64,000 bases of DNA, taken from Alphaproteobacteria bacterium (GTDB lineage: Bacteria; Pseudomonadota; Alphaproteobacteria; SP197). Below are positions 28,401 through 38,474 of the stretch, in pieces. The stretch is from assembly GCA_965228895.1 (NCBI GenBank), contig OZ245842.1, forward strand, positions 2,688,001 to 2,752,000, in the 5' to 3' direction. The translations under genes were made by a program, and so were the position numbers. The number at the start of each line of letters is the position of its first letter. Position 1 is the first letter of the stretch. The notes below the pieces were generated by a model. The model saw only the letters and a program-made list of their open reading frames with translations. It made no database searches and had not been told where the DNA came from.

Positions 28401-31118
28401 ATGACACGACGTATGTTGATCGATGCCGGCCACCGGGAAGAGACCCGGGTCGTCGTCGCAGATGGACAGGAGCTCCAAGAATTTGACGTTGAATCGTCAA
28501 GTAAATCGCAGCTTAAAGGGAACATCTATCTCGCCAAGGTAACCCGCGTCGAACCGTCGCTTCAGGCGGCGTTCGTTGACTACGGCGGCAACCGCCACGG
28601 CTTTTTGGCCTTCAGCGAGATCCATCCCGACTATTTTCAGATCCCGGTATCCGACCGCGAGGCACTGGCCGCCGAGCAGGCGCGCCTTGTCGACGAAGCG
28701 CGCGATGCCGACGAGAGTGAGGCCGATGAAGAGGCCGCCGCCGACGAGGCGTCCGACGCCGATGACGGCGCATCCGACGATCACGACGATGCCGAAGATG
28801 TGAACGACGACGGCGACGATGCCGACGACGGCAACGACGCGGATGACACCGAAGCCGAAGACGACGAGTCGGCTGCCGCGGCCGAAGACGACAACGCCGG
28901 TGACGACAGTGATCGCGACGACAGCGGCGATGACAACGCGGCAGGCGAAGACAGTGCATCAGACGACGCTGCCAAACCGGTCGCGGCCAGAAACGAAAAG
29001 CCGCGACGGCGACCGCGACGGCGCCGCCGTTCCAACAACGACGACGATCACGGCGATGATCGCGAACAGGTGGCGCGCCGCGAAGCGATCCTGAAGCGCG
29101 GCTACAAGATCCAGGAAGTCATCAAGCGGCGTCAGATCCTGCTGGTCCAGGTCGTCAAGGAAGAGCGCGGCAACAAGGGCGCGGCGCTGACGACCTATAT
29201 GTCGATCGCCGGGCGTTACTGCGTCCTGATGCCGAACACGCCGCGCGGCGGCGGCATCTCGCGCAAGATTGCCGATCCGCAGCAGCGCCGACGTCTGAAG
29301 ACCATCGCGCAGGACCTCAACGTGCCCGAAGGCACCGGCCTGATCATCCGCACCGCCGGCATGGGCCGCACGAAAGCCGAGATCAAGCGCGATTTCACCG
29401 GCCTGCTGAAACAGTGGGAGAGCATCCGCGAGGAGACGCTGAAGTCCGCCGCGCCGATGCTGATTTACGAAGAGGCGAACATTATCAAGCGCGCGATCCG
29501 CGACCTCTACACCAAGGATGTCGACGAGGTGCTGGTCGAGGGCGACGAAGGCTACAAGATGGCCAAGTCCTATATGCGCCTGTTGATGCCGAGCCATGCC
29601 AAGCGCGTCCAGCAGTACACCGACGCGGTACCGCTGTTTCACAAGTTCAATGTCGAGCACAAGCTTGACGCCATGCACAGCCCGATCGTCCAGTTGAAGT
29701 CGGGCGGCTACATCGTGATCAACCCGACCGAGGCGCTGGTCGCCATCGACATCAACTCCGGCCGCTCGACCAAGGAGCGCAACATCGAGGAGACCGCGCT
29801 CAAAACCAACAGCGAGGCGGCGGTCGAGATTGCCCGCCAGCTACGCCTGCGCGACCTTGCCGGCCTGATCGTCATCGACTTCATCGACATGGATGAAGGC
29901 CGCAACGAACGCGCGGTCGAACGTAAGCTGAAGGAAGCGCTGAAGAGTGACCGCGCCCGCATCCAGGTCGGTAGGATCAGTTCCTTCGGTCTGTTGGAAC
30001 TGTCACGTCAGCGATTGCGCCCCAGCCTGCATGAAGCACTGAGCGACGTCTGTCCGCATTGCGGCGGCAGCGGGTTTGTCCGCTCCATCGGCTCGACTGC
30101 GCTGCATGTCTTACGCGGTGTCGAGCAGGAGGGCATGCAGCAGCGTTCCCAATCGATCCGCGTTCAGGTGCCGACGGAGGTCGCGCTTTATCTGTTGAAC
30201 GACAAGCGACCTTCGCTGATCGAGATCGAGCAGCGCTACGATATGACGGTTCTGGTCGAACGCGACGAAGATCTGGTCCCACCGGACTTCCGTGTCGAAA
30301 CCGTGGTCCCGCGTACGGACGGCCAACCGATTGAGTTGCTCGCCGGTTCCGAGGCCGGTGCCCAAGACAGCAACGAGCGCACGGAAGCCGATGACGGCGA
30401 TGGCGAGGACGGCGGCCGGCGCCGCAAACGCCGGCGCAAGTCGCGGCGGCGGCGCGGCGGCGACGGCGAACGCGATAACGTCAGCGCGGCCAGCGACGGT
30501 GACGACGAGAACGCCGCCAACGACGATGACGCGGCGCCCAAGGCAAAATCTGATCGTGATGACGAGGAAGCCGGCGAAGGCCGCAAACGGCGGCGGCGCG
30601 GCAAACGTGGCGGTCGCCGTCGCCGCGGACGCGGCGAGGCCGCGGCAAGCGAGACCGCCGAAGCAGGTGCCGAAACCGCCGATGCCGGCAACAACGACGA
30701 GACTCAGCCCGGCGAGGAGACGCATCCTGGCGAAGCGACTGCATCGTCCGATAACGCATCAAGCGACGACGAAGTGAAACCCGAGAAGAAAAAGCGTCGC
30801 TCTCGCGCTAAGGCAAAGGACAAGAAGGCAAGCGAGGCGAAGAGCGGTGACGACGCGCCAACAACGCCTGAGGACTCCGGCGAACCGGCCGCCGACAACG
30901 GCAACGATGAGCCCGCCCCCTCTGCGGAGACGCCGGCCCGTGACGATGACACCATCCCGGTCGCCACGTCGGGTGGCGACGACGAAACCGCGACGGTATC
31001 GGGCGGCAACAACGGCGGTGGGCCGGTGCGAGAGCCCGACCCGACGCCGGATGAAGCCGCAGAGACGCCCCGCTCCGGCCCGCCGCGACGCGGGTGGTGG
31101 CAAAAGATCGTTCGTTAG
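28401..31118 (+). CDS. rne: Ribonuclease E
   Basis: MTRRMLIDA start, GNIYLAKVTRVEPSLQAAF, IDINSG, DFIDM, CPHC; acidic S1 insertion and disordered C-terminus ending RRGWW. Confidence 0.97.
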   Translation: MTRRMLIDAGHREETRVVVADGQELQEFDVESSSKSQLKGNIYLAKVTRVEPSLQAAFVDYGGNRHGFLAFSEIHPDYFQIPVSDREALAAEQARLVDEARDADESEADEEAAADEASDADDGASDDHDDAEDVNDDGDDADDGNDADDTEAEDDESAAAAEDDNAGDDSDRDDSGDDNAAGEDSASDDAAKPVAARNEKPRRRPRRRRRSNNDDDHGDDREQVARREAILKRGYKIQEVIKRRQILLVQVVKEERGNKGAALTTYMSIAGRYCVLMPNTPRGGGISRKIADPQQRRRLKTIAQDLNVPEGTGLIIRTAGMGRTKAEIKRDFTGLLKQWESIREETLKSAAPMLIYEEANIIKRAIRDLYTKDVDEVLVEGDEGYKMAKSYMRLLMPSHAKRVQQYTDAVPLFHKFNVEHKLDAMHSPIVQLKSGGYIVINPTEALVAIDINSGRSTKERNIEETALKTNSEAAVEIARQLRLRDLAGLIVIDFIDMDEGRNERAVERKLKEALKSDRARIQVGRISSFGLLELSRQRLRPSLHEALSDVCPHCGGSGFVRSIGSTALHVLRGVEQEGMQQRSQSIRVQVPTEVALYLLNDKRPSLIEIEQRYDMTVLVERDEDLVPPDFRVETVVPRTDGQPIELLAGSEAGAQDSNERTEADDGDGEDGGRRRKRRRKSRRRRGGDGERDNVSAASDGDDENAANDDDAAPKAKSDRDDEEAGEGRKRRRRGKRGGRRRRGRGEAAASETAEAGAETADAGNNDETQPGEETHPGEATASSDNASSDDEVKPEKKKRRSRAKAKDKKASEAKSGDDAPTTPEDSGEPAADNGNDEPAPSAETPARDDDTIPVATSGGDDETATVSGGNNGGGPVREPDPTPDEAAETPRSGPPRRGWWQKIVR

Positions 31119-31143
31119 AATGACGCCGGGTTGGTTCCGGCCG

Positions 31144-32307
31144 TCATTGCCTGAGCTGACTCGGTAGCCACGCCACGAGGCGTTGTGCCGCTTCGTCGAT
31201 ATCCGCTGTCGGCCCGGAAAACGAGATGCGTATGGACTGGCGCCCGCGCAGCGGATCGAAGTCGATGCCGGGTGTCATCGCAACACCCGTCGCATCAAGA
31301 ATCTGCTCGCACAGAGCTTCGCTGTCATCGGTCAGGTGAGCAACGTCGGCGTAAATGTAGAAGGCACCATCGGCTTGGCTCAGGCGGTCGAGCCCTGCCC
31401 TGGGCAACCTGTCGAGCAGCAGCTCTCGATTGTCGCTGTAAACGGCAACGTTGTCTCTTAGTTCGTCGTGACAGTCGAAGGCCGCAACGGCCGCGAACTG
31501 GGACAGCGTCGGCGGCGAGATAAAGAAGTTCTGCGCCAGCCGCTCGACCGATTTCTGCAGCCCTTCGGGCACGACCATCCAGCCGACGCGCCAGCCGGTC
31601 ATCGAGAAGTACTTCGAGAAACTGTTGATGACGACGGCATCGGCGTTCAGCCCAACAGCGCTCGTCGCGTCGAAGTCGAAGCCGATACCGTGATAGATCT
31701 CGTCGGAAATCAGACGGATCCCCTGGGCCGCGCAGTAGTCGCAGAGCGCCACCATGCCGGCGTGGTCGATCATCGTGCCGGTCGGGTTGGATGGGCTCGC
31801 GATGATCAGGCCATCCAGCGTGCCCTCATGCGCTTCCAGCATGGCGACCGTCGGTTGGTATCGGGTTTCGTGGTCAACCGGCAAGCCGACGGCTTCGATG
31901 CCCAAGGCACTCAGTATGTTGCGGTAGCAGGGGTAACCGGGCTCGGCAATGGCGACGCGATCGCCGACGTCGAAAGCGGCGAGAAAAGCCAGCACAAAAC
32001 CACCTGACGAACCGGTCGTGACAACGACGTGGTCGCTCGGAACACGGACACCGTAAGTATCGTCGTAGTGGCGTACGATGGCCTCACGCAGCGGCCCGAT
32101 ACCCAAGGCGACCGTGTAGCCCAGACGTTCATCGTCGATGGCGCGCTGCGCTGCCTGCCGCACCCCGCGGGGCGCCGACGTGCCCGGCTGTCCAACCTCC
32201 AGATGCAGGACGTCCCTGCCCGATGCCAGCCTTTCGGCGGCCGCGCGCATCACCTCCATGACATAGAACGGCGGCACGCTGCCACGGCTTGAGACCTTGA
32301 TCGCCAT
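31144..32307 (-). CDS. PLP-dependent aminotransferase class I/II
   Basis: PSNPTG, SDEIYH, NSFSKYFSMTGWRVG. Confidence 0.92.
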   Translation of the reverse strand: MAIKVSSRGSVPPFYVMEVMRAAAERLASGRDVLHLEVGQPGTSAPRGVRQAAQRAIDDERLGYTVALGIGPLREAIVRHYDDTYGVRVPSDHVVVTTGSSGGFVLAFLAAFDVGDRVAIAEPGYPCYRNILSALGIEAVGLPVDHETRYQPTVAMLEAHEGTLDGLIIASPSNPTGTMIDHAGMVALCDYCAAQGIRLISDEIYHGIGFDFDATSAVGLNADAVVINSFSKYFSMTGWRVGWMVVPEGLQKSVERLAQNFFISPPTLSQFAAVAAFDCHDELRDNVAVYSDNRELLLDRLPRAGLDRLSQADGAFYIYADVAHLTDDSEALCEQILDATGVAMTPGIDFDPLRGRQSIRISFSGPTADIDEAAQRLVAWLPSQLRQ

Positions 32308-32329
32308 GGTCAGCCCCAGTCAGCCCCAG

Positions 32330-33973
32330 TCAGCCACCGACCGCAAGCCCGAACCCGCGGGGGTCGTTGACGAAGCTGCAGCTCTCGGCGCTGCTGCGCA
32401 CACCGCCCGGGCAATAGATCGCGTTGACCCGACCGAGCTCTGGGAACGAGCGCAATTCGTAACCGCGGCCAATCAGGGCATCGAGAACGCTCTGCGGCAA
32501 CGACTCCTCGACAATGGCAACATTGGGCAAACCGGGATCGAAGACCCTGGGCGCATCGACGGCTTCGGCCAACGACATGTCCGCCTGCATGATGCCCGCG
32601 GCAACCGTCGCCATGACCGGACCCGCGACAATGCCGCCCGACGTCGCGCCGACAAAGATCACGTCTTGCGTATTCTCGTTCACCATCAGCGCCGGCATCA
32701 ACGACAAACCATTGCCCCAGCCCTCGCCTGGCCTTGCCGCCAGCACGATACCGGTCCCGGGCGCGACTCGGCCGTTGCCGAACAGGCTGTTCATGGTGAA
32801 GACGCAGGTTGCCGCATTGCCGAAAGCGTCGACGACGGCGACACTGGTAGACGCAGGATTTTCCTGTACCGGCGTGGGCGGCGCCGGCAAAGCGTCAAGC
32901 GGCGTGGCCGCAGCAGGGTTGTAGCTCGACATCAACAGGTCAACGATCGCCGGATCAGGCGGCGCATTCGGCGCCATGGTCCGCGCGACGGCGGCGCGAA
33001 GCGAGACCGCCGCTTGCAGGTGCGCCCGGGCCGACGGATCCGACTGGGCGAAGACGTTGCCATCGTCGTACATCGACCAAACCCACAAGCTCGTCGCTCC
33101 GGCATCGAAGCCGGGACCGGGAACATTCAGCGGTGCTTCTGCGCCGAAAATGACTTGCGGCACGGCGACGCTGTAGGTCTCGCGCCACGCGGGGCGGAAG
33201 TTACGCATGTCTTCGAGAGTGATTCGGTTGCCGATCGACTGTACGGCATCGACGAACTGCGCGGCGCCCAGACTGGTGTAAAAATCGCCGGCGCCACGCG
33301 TGCGAATATAGGTGAGCATGGCGCTCAGATCGAGTTGGATCAGCTCGTCGCCTTCGCGCAGCGGCGTACCGTCAGGTCGGGCAAAAATGCTACGCGCGGC
33401 CGGGTCCTCGATCAGGGCATCGCCGACCAAGGACAGATCGCGCGCCAGGGCCCGCGAGACCGGATGGCCGAACCGCGCCATGCGCTCGGCCGGCGTGATC
33501 AGGTCGGTCCACGGCAGGACACCCATTTCCGCGTGTAGCGCGGCCATACCGCGCACGGCGCCGGGGATGACGGTGGGCCGGAACTCGCCTTCCGGCGACG
33601 CGGCGGGCATGGCGTCGCGGAAGTCGATCAATCTTGCCTGATTTTCGCCTTGTGTGTAGCCGATACACGCACCACCTGCGGCCAGAGACGAGGCGGCGGG
33701 ATAGGTCACGGCGCTGGCGAAGAAATAGGCGACCGCAGCATCCGCGGCGCTGCCGCCAGCCGCCAAGGTCGAGCGGGCGACAAGAACGGCGCGCGGTTCA
33801 TCACCGGCGACGCCGCCGAAGAAACCCTCGACGATGGGCGTGCCCTCGGTAACGTCATCGTCAAAGCCGTCTAAGGAGTCGCAACCGATGACCGTTGCCG
33901 AGACCAGCAAAACCGCCGCACAATGGCGGACCATGCGTGGGATTGTCACAGCATCTGCGAGAGCGTTCCGCAT
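32330..33973 (-). CDS. Gamma-glutamyltransferase-family lipoprotein (divergent)
   Basis: GGSAADAAVA, IDFRD, PGAVRG, GDFY, STSVAVVD..GNA..C.FT.N..FG.G, DPR; lipobox-like VIGC; AAGGAG before ATG 33973. Confidence 0.85.
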   Translation of the reverse strand: MRNALADAVTIPRMVRHCAAVLLVSATVIGCDSLDGFDDDVTEGTPIVEGFFGGVAGDEPRAVLVARSTLAAGGSAADAAVAYFFASAVTYPAASSLAAGGACIGYTQGENQARLIDFRDAMPAASPEGEFRPTVIPGAVRGMAALHAEMGVLPWTDLITPAERMARFGHPVSRALARDLSLVGDALIEDPAARSIFARPDGTPLREGDELIQLDLSAMLTYIRTRGAGDFYTSLGAAQFVDAVQSIGNRITLEDMRNFRPAWRETYSVAVPQVIFGAEAPLNVPGPGFDAGATSLWVWSMYDDGNVFAQSDPSARAHLQAAVSLRAAVARTMAPNAPPDPAIVDLLMSSYNPAAATPLDALPAPPTPVQENPASTSVAVVDAFGNAATCVFTMNSLFGNGRVAPGTGIVLAARPGEGWGNGLSLMPALMVNENTQDVIFVGATSGGIVAGPVMATVAAGIMQADMSLAEAVDAPRVFDPGLPNVAIVEESLPQSVLDALIGRGYELRSFPELGRVNAIYCPGGVRSSAESCSFVNDPRGFGLAVGG

Positions 33974-35315
33974 TGTTCTCCTTGCGGTTTTTTCTACCAA
34001 TTTGGTTGTAAGTGCTCTGCCGTGGAGTCCTGCTTACGCCCAGTCCAGGCAGATCTCGATCCTGCGTGATGCAGAAATCGAAGATACCATTCGGGTTTAC
34101 TCTACGCCACTGTTCCAGGCCGCCGGTCTCGATCCCGCCTCAATCAACATCCATCTGGTCAACGACCGGTCGCTGAACGCCTTTGTTTCCAACGGGCGGA
34201 ACATGTTCATCTTCAGCGGTCTATTGATGAGCACCAATGATCCAAATCAAATCATTGGCGTCATCGCCCATGAGACCGGCCACATTGCCGGCGGTCATTT
34301 GGTCAGCGTGCGTGGCGAGATAGAGAAGGCGTCGGCGGCGGCCATTCTGTCGACCATACTGGGCATCGCGGTCGCGGCGGCCACAGGCGAAGGCGCGGCG
34401 GCGGCAGCCGGGTCGACGATCGGCGCGGGCATCGCCCAACGCGAGTTCTTCCGTTACACCCGAACCCAGGAATCGGCGGCCGATCAGGCCGCCCTCTCCT
34501 ATCTCGATGCAACCGGTCAGTCATCCGAAGGGCTCTACGACCTGCTCAAGACCTTCGAGAACCAGGAACTGCTCTCGGCGACCAATCAGGATCCCTATAT
34601 GCGGACCCACCCGCTGACCAGCGATCGCCTGCATGCTGTACGGCACCATCTGGAGGTGTCGCCCTACGCACAAACACCGTCCGGGCCCGACCTGGTGATG
34701 CGCCAAGATCGCATGGTCGCCAAGCTGGTCGGTTTCCTGGAAAGCCTGAGGGTAACCTTGCAGCGCTACCCCGAGAGCGATCAGAGTGTGCCCGCCCGCT
34801 ACGCCCGCTCCATCGGCTATTACCAAGACCGCCAGATGGACAAAGCCGTGCCGTTGATCGACGGCTTGATCGCCGAGGAGCCCGACAACCCCTACTTTCA
34901 CGAACTGAAGGGCCAAATGCTGTTCGAGACCGGGTCCGGTGAGCTGGCGATCGAGAGTTACGCACAATCGGTCGAATTGGCGCCTGACCAGCCCTTGTTG
35001 CAGGTCGGCTATGCCCGGGCCCTGATCGAAAGCGATCAGGAAGCTAATCTGGAGCTTGCCGCCAGCGCGCTGGAGCAGGCGCTGCGCTACGAGGAACGAA
35101 ACGCCAATGCCTGGCGCCTTCTTGGCATCGCTTACGGCCGGCTCGGCCTGGAAGCGCGCTCGGCGATGGCATCTGCAGAATCCGCCTACCTGACGGGCGA
35201 TCACGAACGATCGCAGTTCCTGGCCCAACGCGCGCTGCAGGGCCTTGAGTACGGCACACCGGACTGGCAGCGGGCCAACGACATCCTGAACGCCATCAGC
35301 CCCAGCGACGGTTAG
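33888..35315 (+). CDS. M48 metalloprotease with TPR repeats (BepA/YfgC-like)
   Basis: LNAF, HETGH, QESAADQ, THP, C-terminal TPRs, signal peptide ending AYA-Q. Start 33888 or 33933. Confidence 0.9.
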   Translation: MTVAETSKTAAQWRTMRGIVTASARAFRIVLLAVFSTNLVVSALPWSPAYAQSRQISILRDAEIEDTIRVYSTPLFQAAGLDPASINIHLVNDRSLNAFVSNGRNMFIFSGLLMSTNDPNQIIGVIAHETGHIAGGHLVSVRGEIEKASAAAILSTILGIAVAAATGEGAAAAAGSTIGAGIAQREFFRYTRTQESAADQAALSYLDATGQSSEGLYDLLKTFENQELLSATNQDPYMRTHPLTSDRLHAVRHHLEVSPYAQTPSGPDLVMRQDRMVAKLVGFLESLRVTLQRYPESDQSVPARYARSIGYYQDRQMDKAVPLIDGLIAEEPDNPYFHELKGQMLFETGSGELAIESYAQSVELAPDQPLLQVGYARALIESDQEANLELAASALEQALRYEERNANAWRLLGIAYGRLGLEARSAMASAESAYLTGDHERSQFLAQRALQGLEYGTPDWQRANDILNAISPSDG

Positions 35316-35464
35316 AGCAAATCCCGCTCTGGAATTCTATCCACCGTTTCACCGGAGGCATGGCCGGCGAGCGCCAATTGCGCGGCTCCTGCCCCATGCT
35401 ATAAACCTCGCCACCACGGCGTCCGACCGGATGCCGGCCGACCGCGACTGGAACGGAACGGACC

Positions 35465-35914
35465 ATGGCCTCCACGGTGCTCATCCTGAATGGCCCGAAC
35501 CTTAACCTGCTAGGCGACCGCGAGCCCGAAATCTACGGCTACGAGACCTTGGCCGATATTGAAGCGACGGCGCGTGAGCATGGCAAACACGCCGGGCTCA
35601 AGGTCGATTTTCGCCAGTCCAACCACGAAGGCCAGCTTATCGACTGGCTGCATGAGGTGCGTGGCAAGGCGATTGGCGTGATCGTCAACGCAGGCGGGCT
35701 GACCCATACATCGGTTGCCTTGCTCGATGCCTTGAACGCGATGGACATGCCGATCATCGAGGTCCACTTGTCGAACATCCATCGCCGTGACTCGTTCCGC
35801 CGCCATTCCTACGTCGCCCAGGCCGCGACCGGTTCGATTTGCGGTTTCGGGTCCCACGGTTATGTTCTCGCGCTTGACGCCATGGCGCGTTTGATCGAAC
35901 GGAAGGGTGCATGA
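35465..35914 (+). CDS. aroQ: Type II 3-dehydroquinate dehydratase
   Basis: [28 protein letters not shown]. Confidence 0.97.
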   Translation: MASTVLILNGPNLNLLGDREPEIYGYETLADIEATAREHGKHAGLKVDFRQSNHEGQLIDWLHEVRGKAIGVIVNAGGLTHTSVALLDALNAMDMPIIEVHLSNIHRRDSFRRHSYVAQAATGSICGFGSHGYVLALDAMARLIERKGA

Positions 35915-36360
35915 GCAGCAATTTCAAAGTCGATGCCGAGGCCATTCGCGAACTGGCGCATCTGCTCGACGAAACCGGGTTGAACGAAATTGAGATCGAG
36001 GACACCGGACGCCGGCTGAGAGTCGCCCGTGGTCTCACCAGCGTGCCGGCTGCCGCCGCGCCGGCGCCGGTACCGGTCGCGCAGACGTCGGAGGCCAGCG
36101 CGCCGGCACCATCCGACATCGCCGAAGCCGGTGCCGTCGCTTCGCCCATGGTCGGCACCGCCTACCTAGCGCCGGAACCTGGCGCGGCACCTTTCGTCAA
36201 GGTCGGCGACAGTGTCGCGGAAGGCGACACGCTGCTGATCATCGAGGCCATGAAGGTGATGAACCCGATCCGCGCGCCGCACGGCGGCACGGTCGACCGG
36301 GTGCTGATCGAGAATGGCAGCCCGGTCGAATACGGCCAATCTCTGATCATTCTCGCCTGA
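35911..36360 (+). CDS. accB: Biotin carboxyl carrier protein
   Basis: SPMVGT, EAMKVMN. Confidence 0.97.
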   Translation: MSSNFKVDAEAIRELAHLLDETGLNEIEIEDTGRRLRVARGLTSVPAAAAPAPVPVAQTSEASAPAPSDIAEAGAVASPMVGTAYLAPEPGAAPFVKVGDSVAEGDTLLIIEAMKVMNPIRAPHGGTVDRVLIENGSPVEYGQSLIILA

Positions 36361-36365
36361 CGGCG

Positions 36366-37709
36366 ATGTTCGAAAAGGTCCTGATCGCCAACCGCGGAGA
36401 GATCGCGCTTCGCATTCACCGTGCGTGCCGCGAAATGGGCATCCGCACCGTCGCCGTTCATTCCGAGATCGACGCCGGGGCCATGCACGTGCGCCTGGCC
36501 GACGAAAGCGTGTGCATCGGACCGGCGGCGGCGTCGGAAAGCTATCTGAACATTCCGGCCATTGTTTCAGCCGCTGAGATCAGCGGCGCCGAGGCGATCC
36601 ATCCCGGCTACGGCTTTCTGTCGGAAAACGCCCGCTTTGCCGAAATCGTCGAGGAACACGGCATCACGTTCATCGGCCCGAACAGCGAGCATATCCGCCT
36701 GATGGGCGACAAGCTCGCCGCGCGTGAAAAGGCTGCGGAACTCGGCCTGCCGTTGGTGCCGGGCTCACCCAAGGCTGTCGAGAACCCGGGCGAAGCCTCC
36801 GAGATCGCCGATGAGATTGGCTATCCGGTCCTTCTAAAAGCGGCAGCCGGCGGTGGCGGACGCGGCATGACCCTGGTCCATGACGCCGACGATCTGGCCA
36901 GCGCCTTTTCGCGCACCCAACACGAGGCCGAGGCGGCGTTCGGCAACGGCGCGCTCTATGTCGAGAAGTATCTGGTCAAGCCGCGCCATATCGAGGTCCA
37001 GATCTGTGGCGACAGCTTCGGCAATGTCGTGCATCTGGGCGAACGGGATTGCTCGGTACAGCGGCGCCATCAAAAGGTCGTCGAAGAGGCTTTGAGCCCC
37101 GCGCTTAACGATGTCGAGCGCGCGCGGCTTGGCGACATGGCGGTCAACGCCATGAAGAAGCTGGGCTACACCAATCTGGGCACCGTCGAGTTCCTCTATA
37201 CCGGTGGTGAGTTCTACTTCATCGAGATGAACACGCGCCTGCAGGTCGAGCACCCGGTGACGGAGCTCGTTACCGGCATCGATCTGGTGCGCGAACAGAT
37301 CCGTCTGGCGACCGGCGCCCCACTCAGCTTCGGTCAGAAGGACGTGCGCTTCGAAGGCCACGCCATCGAATGCCGCATCACGGCCGAAGACCCCGAGACG
37401 TTCATGCCGGCGCCTGGCAAGGTGACCAGCTTCCACGCGCCCGGCGGCATGAGCGTGCGCGTCGATTCAGCACTCTATGCCGGTTACGCCGTACCGCCGA
37501 ACTATGACAGCCTGATCGCCAAGCTGATCGTTCATGGCCGCAACCGTATCGAATGCATGATGCGTTTAAGACGCGCGCTCGAAGAGTTTGTCATCGACGG
37601 TATCGCCACGACGATCCCCCTGCACCAGCGGCTTATGGCCAATCAGGATTTTGCCAATGGCGACTACGACGTCGCATGGCTGGAGCGCCTGCTGGCCGAC
37701 GAAGACTAG
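36366..37709 (+). CDS. accC: Biotin carboxylase
   Basis: IANRGEIA, HPGYGFLSEN, GGGGRGM, EMNTRLQVEHPVTE. Confidence 0.98.
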   Translation: MFEKVLIANRGEIALRIHRACREMGIRTVAVHSEIDAGAMHVRLADESVCIGPAAASESYLNIPAIVSAAEISGAEAIHPGYGFLSENARFAEIVEEHGITFIGPNSEHIRLMGDKLAAREKAAELGLPLVPGSPKAVENPGEASEIADEIGYPVLLKAAAGGGGRGMTLVHDADDLASAFSRTQHEAEAAFGNGALYVEKYLVKPRHIEVQICGDSFGNVVHLGERDCSVQRRHQKVVEEALSPALNDVERARLGDMAVNAMKKLGYTNLGTVEFLYTGGEFYFIEMNTRLQVEHPVTELVTGIDLVREQIRLATGAPLSFGQKDVRFEGHAIECRITAEDPETFMPAPGKVTSFHAPGGMSVRVDSALYAGYAVPPNYDSLIAKLIVHGRNRIECMMRLRRALEEFVIDGIATTIPLHQRLMANQDFANGDYDVAWLERLLADED

Positions 37710-37817
37710 GCCGGCGACAAACCGGGACCCGCCTGCGCGCGACGGCAAGAACCGGATCGCGTCTTGATTTCGCCGCTTCGCGATGCCATCAAATTAGATC
37801 ATGACTCAGGAGGCCAC

Positions 37818-38474
37818 GTGACGGGACTGACGCCGGGCCTGTTGTTGCGCGCCTATGCCGCCGGTGTGTTTCCGATGGCCGAACACCAGGACGACTCCGA
37901 GTTGTTCTGGGTCGACCCCGAACGGCGCGGTGTTATCCCTCTCGACAGCTTCCATGTGCCGCGAAAGCTGAAACGCACGCTCAAGCGCCATGTCTTTGAG
38001 ATCCGCGTTGATACCGTGTTCGACAACGTTGTCGAAGCATGTGCCGAACCGTCGCCAGGGCGCGAGACGACCTGGATCAACCACGCGATTCGCCAAGCCT
38101 ATGGCATGCTGCATCAACTGGGGCACGCTCACAGTGTCGAGGCGTGGCGCGACGGCGATCTTGTCGGTGGCCTCTATGGCGTCAGTCTGGCCGGTGCGTT
38201 CTTTGGCGAGAGCATGTTTTCGCGCACCACAGACGCCAGCAAAGTCGCCTTGGTCCACCTGGTCGAACGCCTGAGAGCCGGCGGCTTCCAGCTCTTGGAT
38301 GCCCAGTTCATGACCGACCATCTGGCACGATTCGGCGCGGTCGAAGTGTCGCGCGCGGCCTATCACCGGCTGCTTAAGGAAGCGATGAAGGTCGAGGCCG
38401 ACTTCTATTCGCTGGATTCGGCCTCAGGATCGGTCCCGGATTCACCTTCCGCGTCTTCCGACACCTCGTCGTAG
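37818..38474 (+). CDS. aat: Leucyl/phenylalanyl-tRNA--protein transferase
   Basis: GTG start after AGGAGG; [33 protein letters not shown]. Confidence 0.95.
   Translation: MTGLTPGLLLRAYAAGVFPMAEHQDDSELFWVDPERRGVIPLDSFHVPRKLKRTLKRHVFEIRVDTVFDNVVEACAEPSPGRETTWINHAIRQAYGMLHQLGHAHSVEAWRDGDLVGGLYGVSLAGAFFGESMFSRTTDASKVALVHLVERLRAGGFQLLDAQFMTDHLARFGAVEVSRAAYHRLLKEAMKVEADFYSLDSASGSVPDSPSASSDTSS

Noticed and set aside
28700-29060. GACGAC/GACGAT-rich repetitive DNA
   Set aside because: Low-complexity Asp/Glu coding in rne; no fixed repeat-spacer structure, so not CRISPR.
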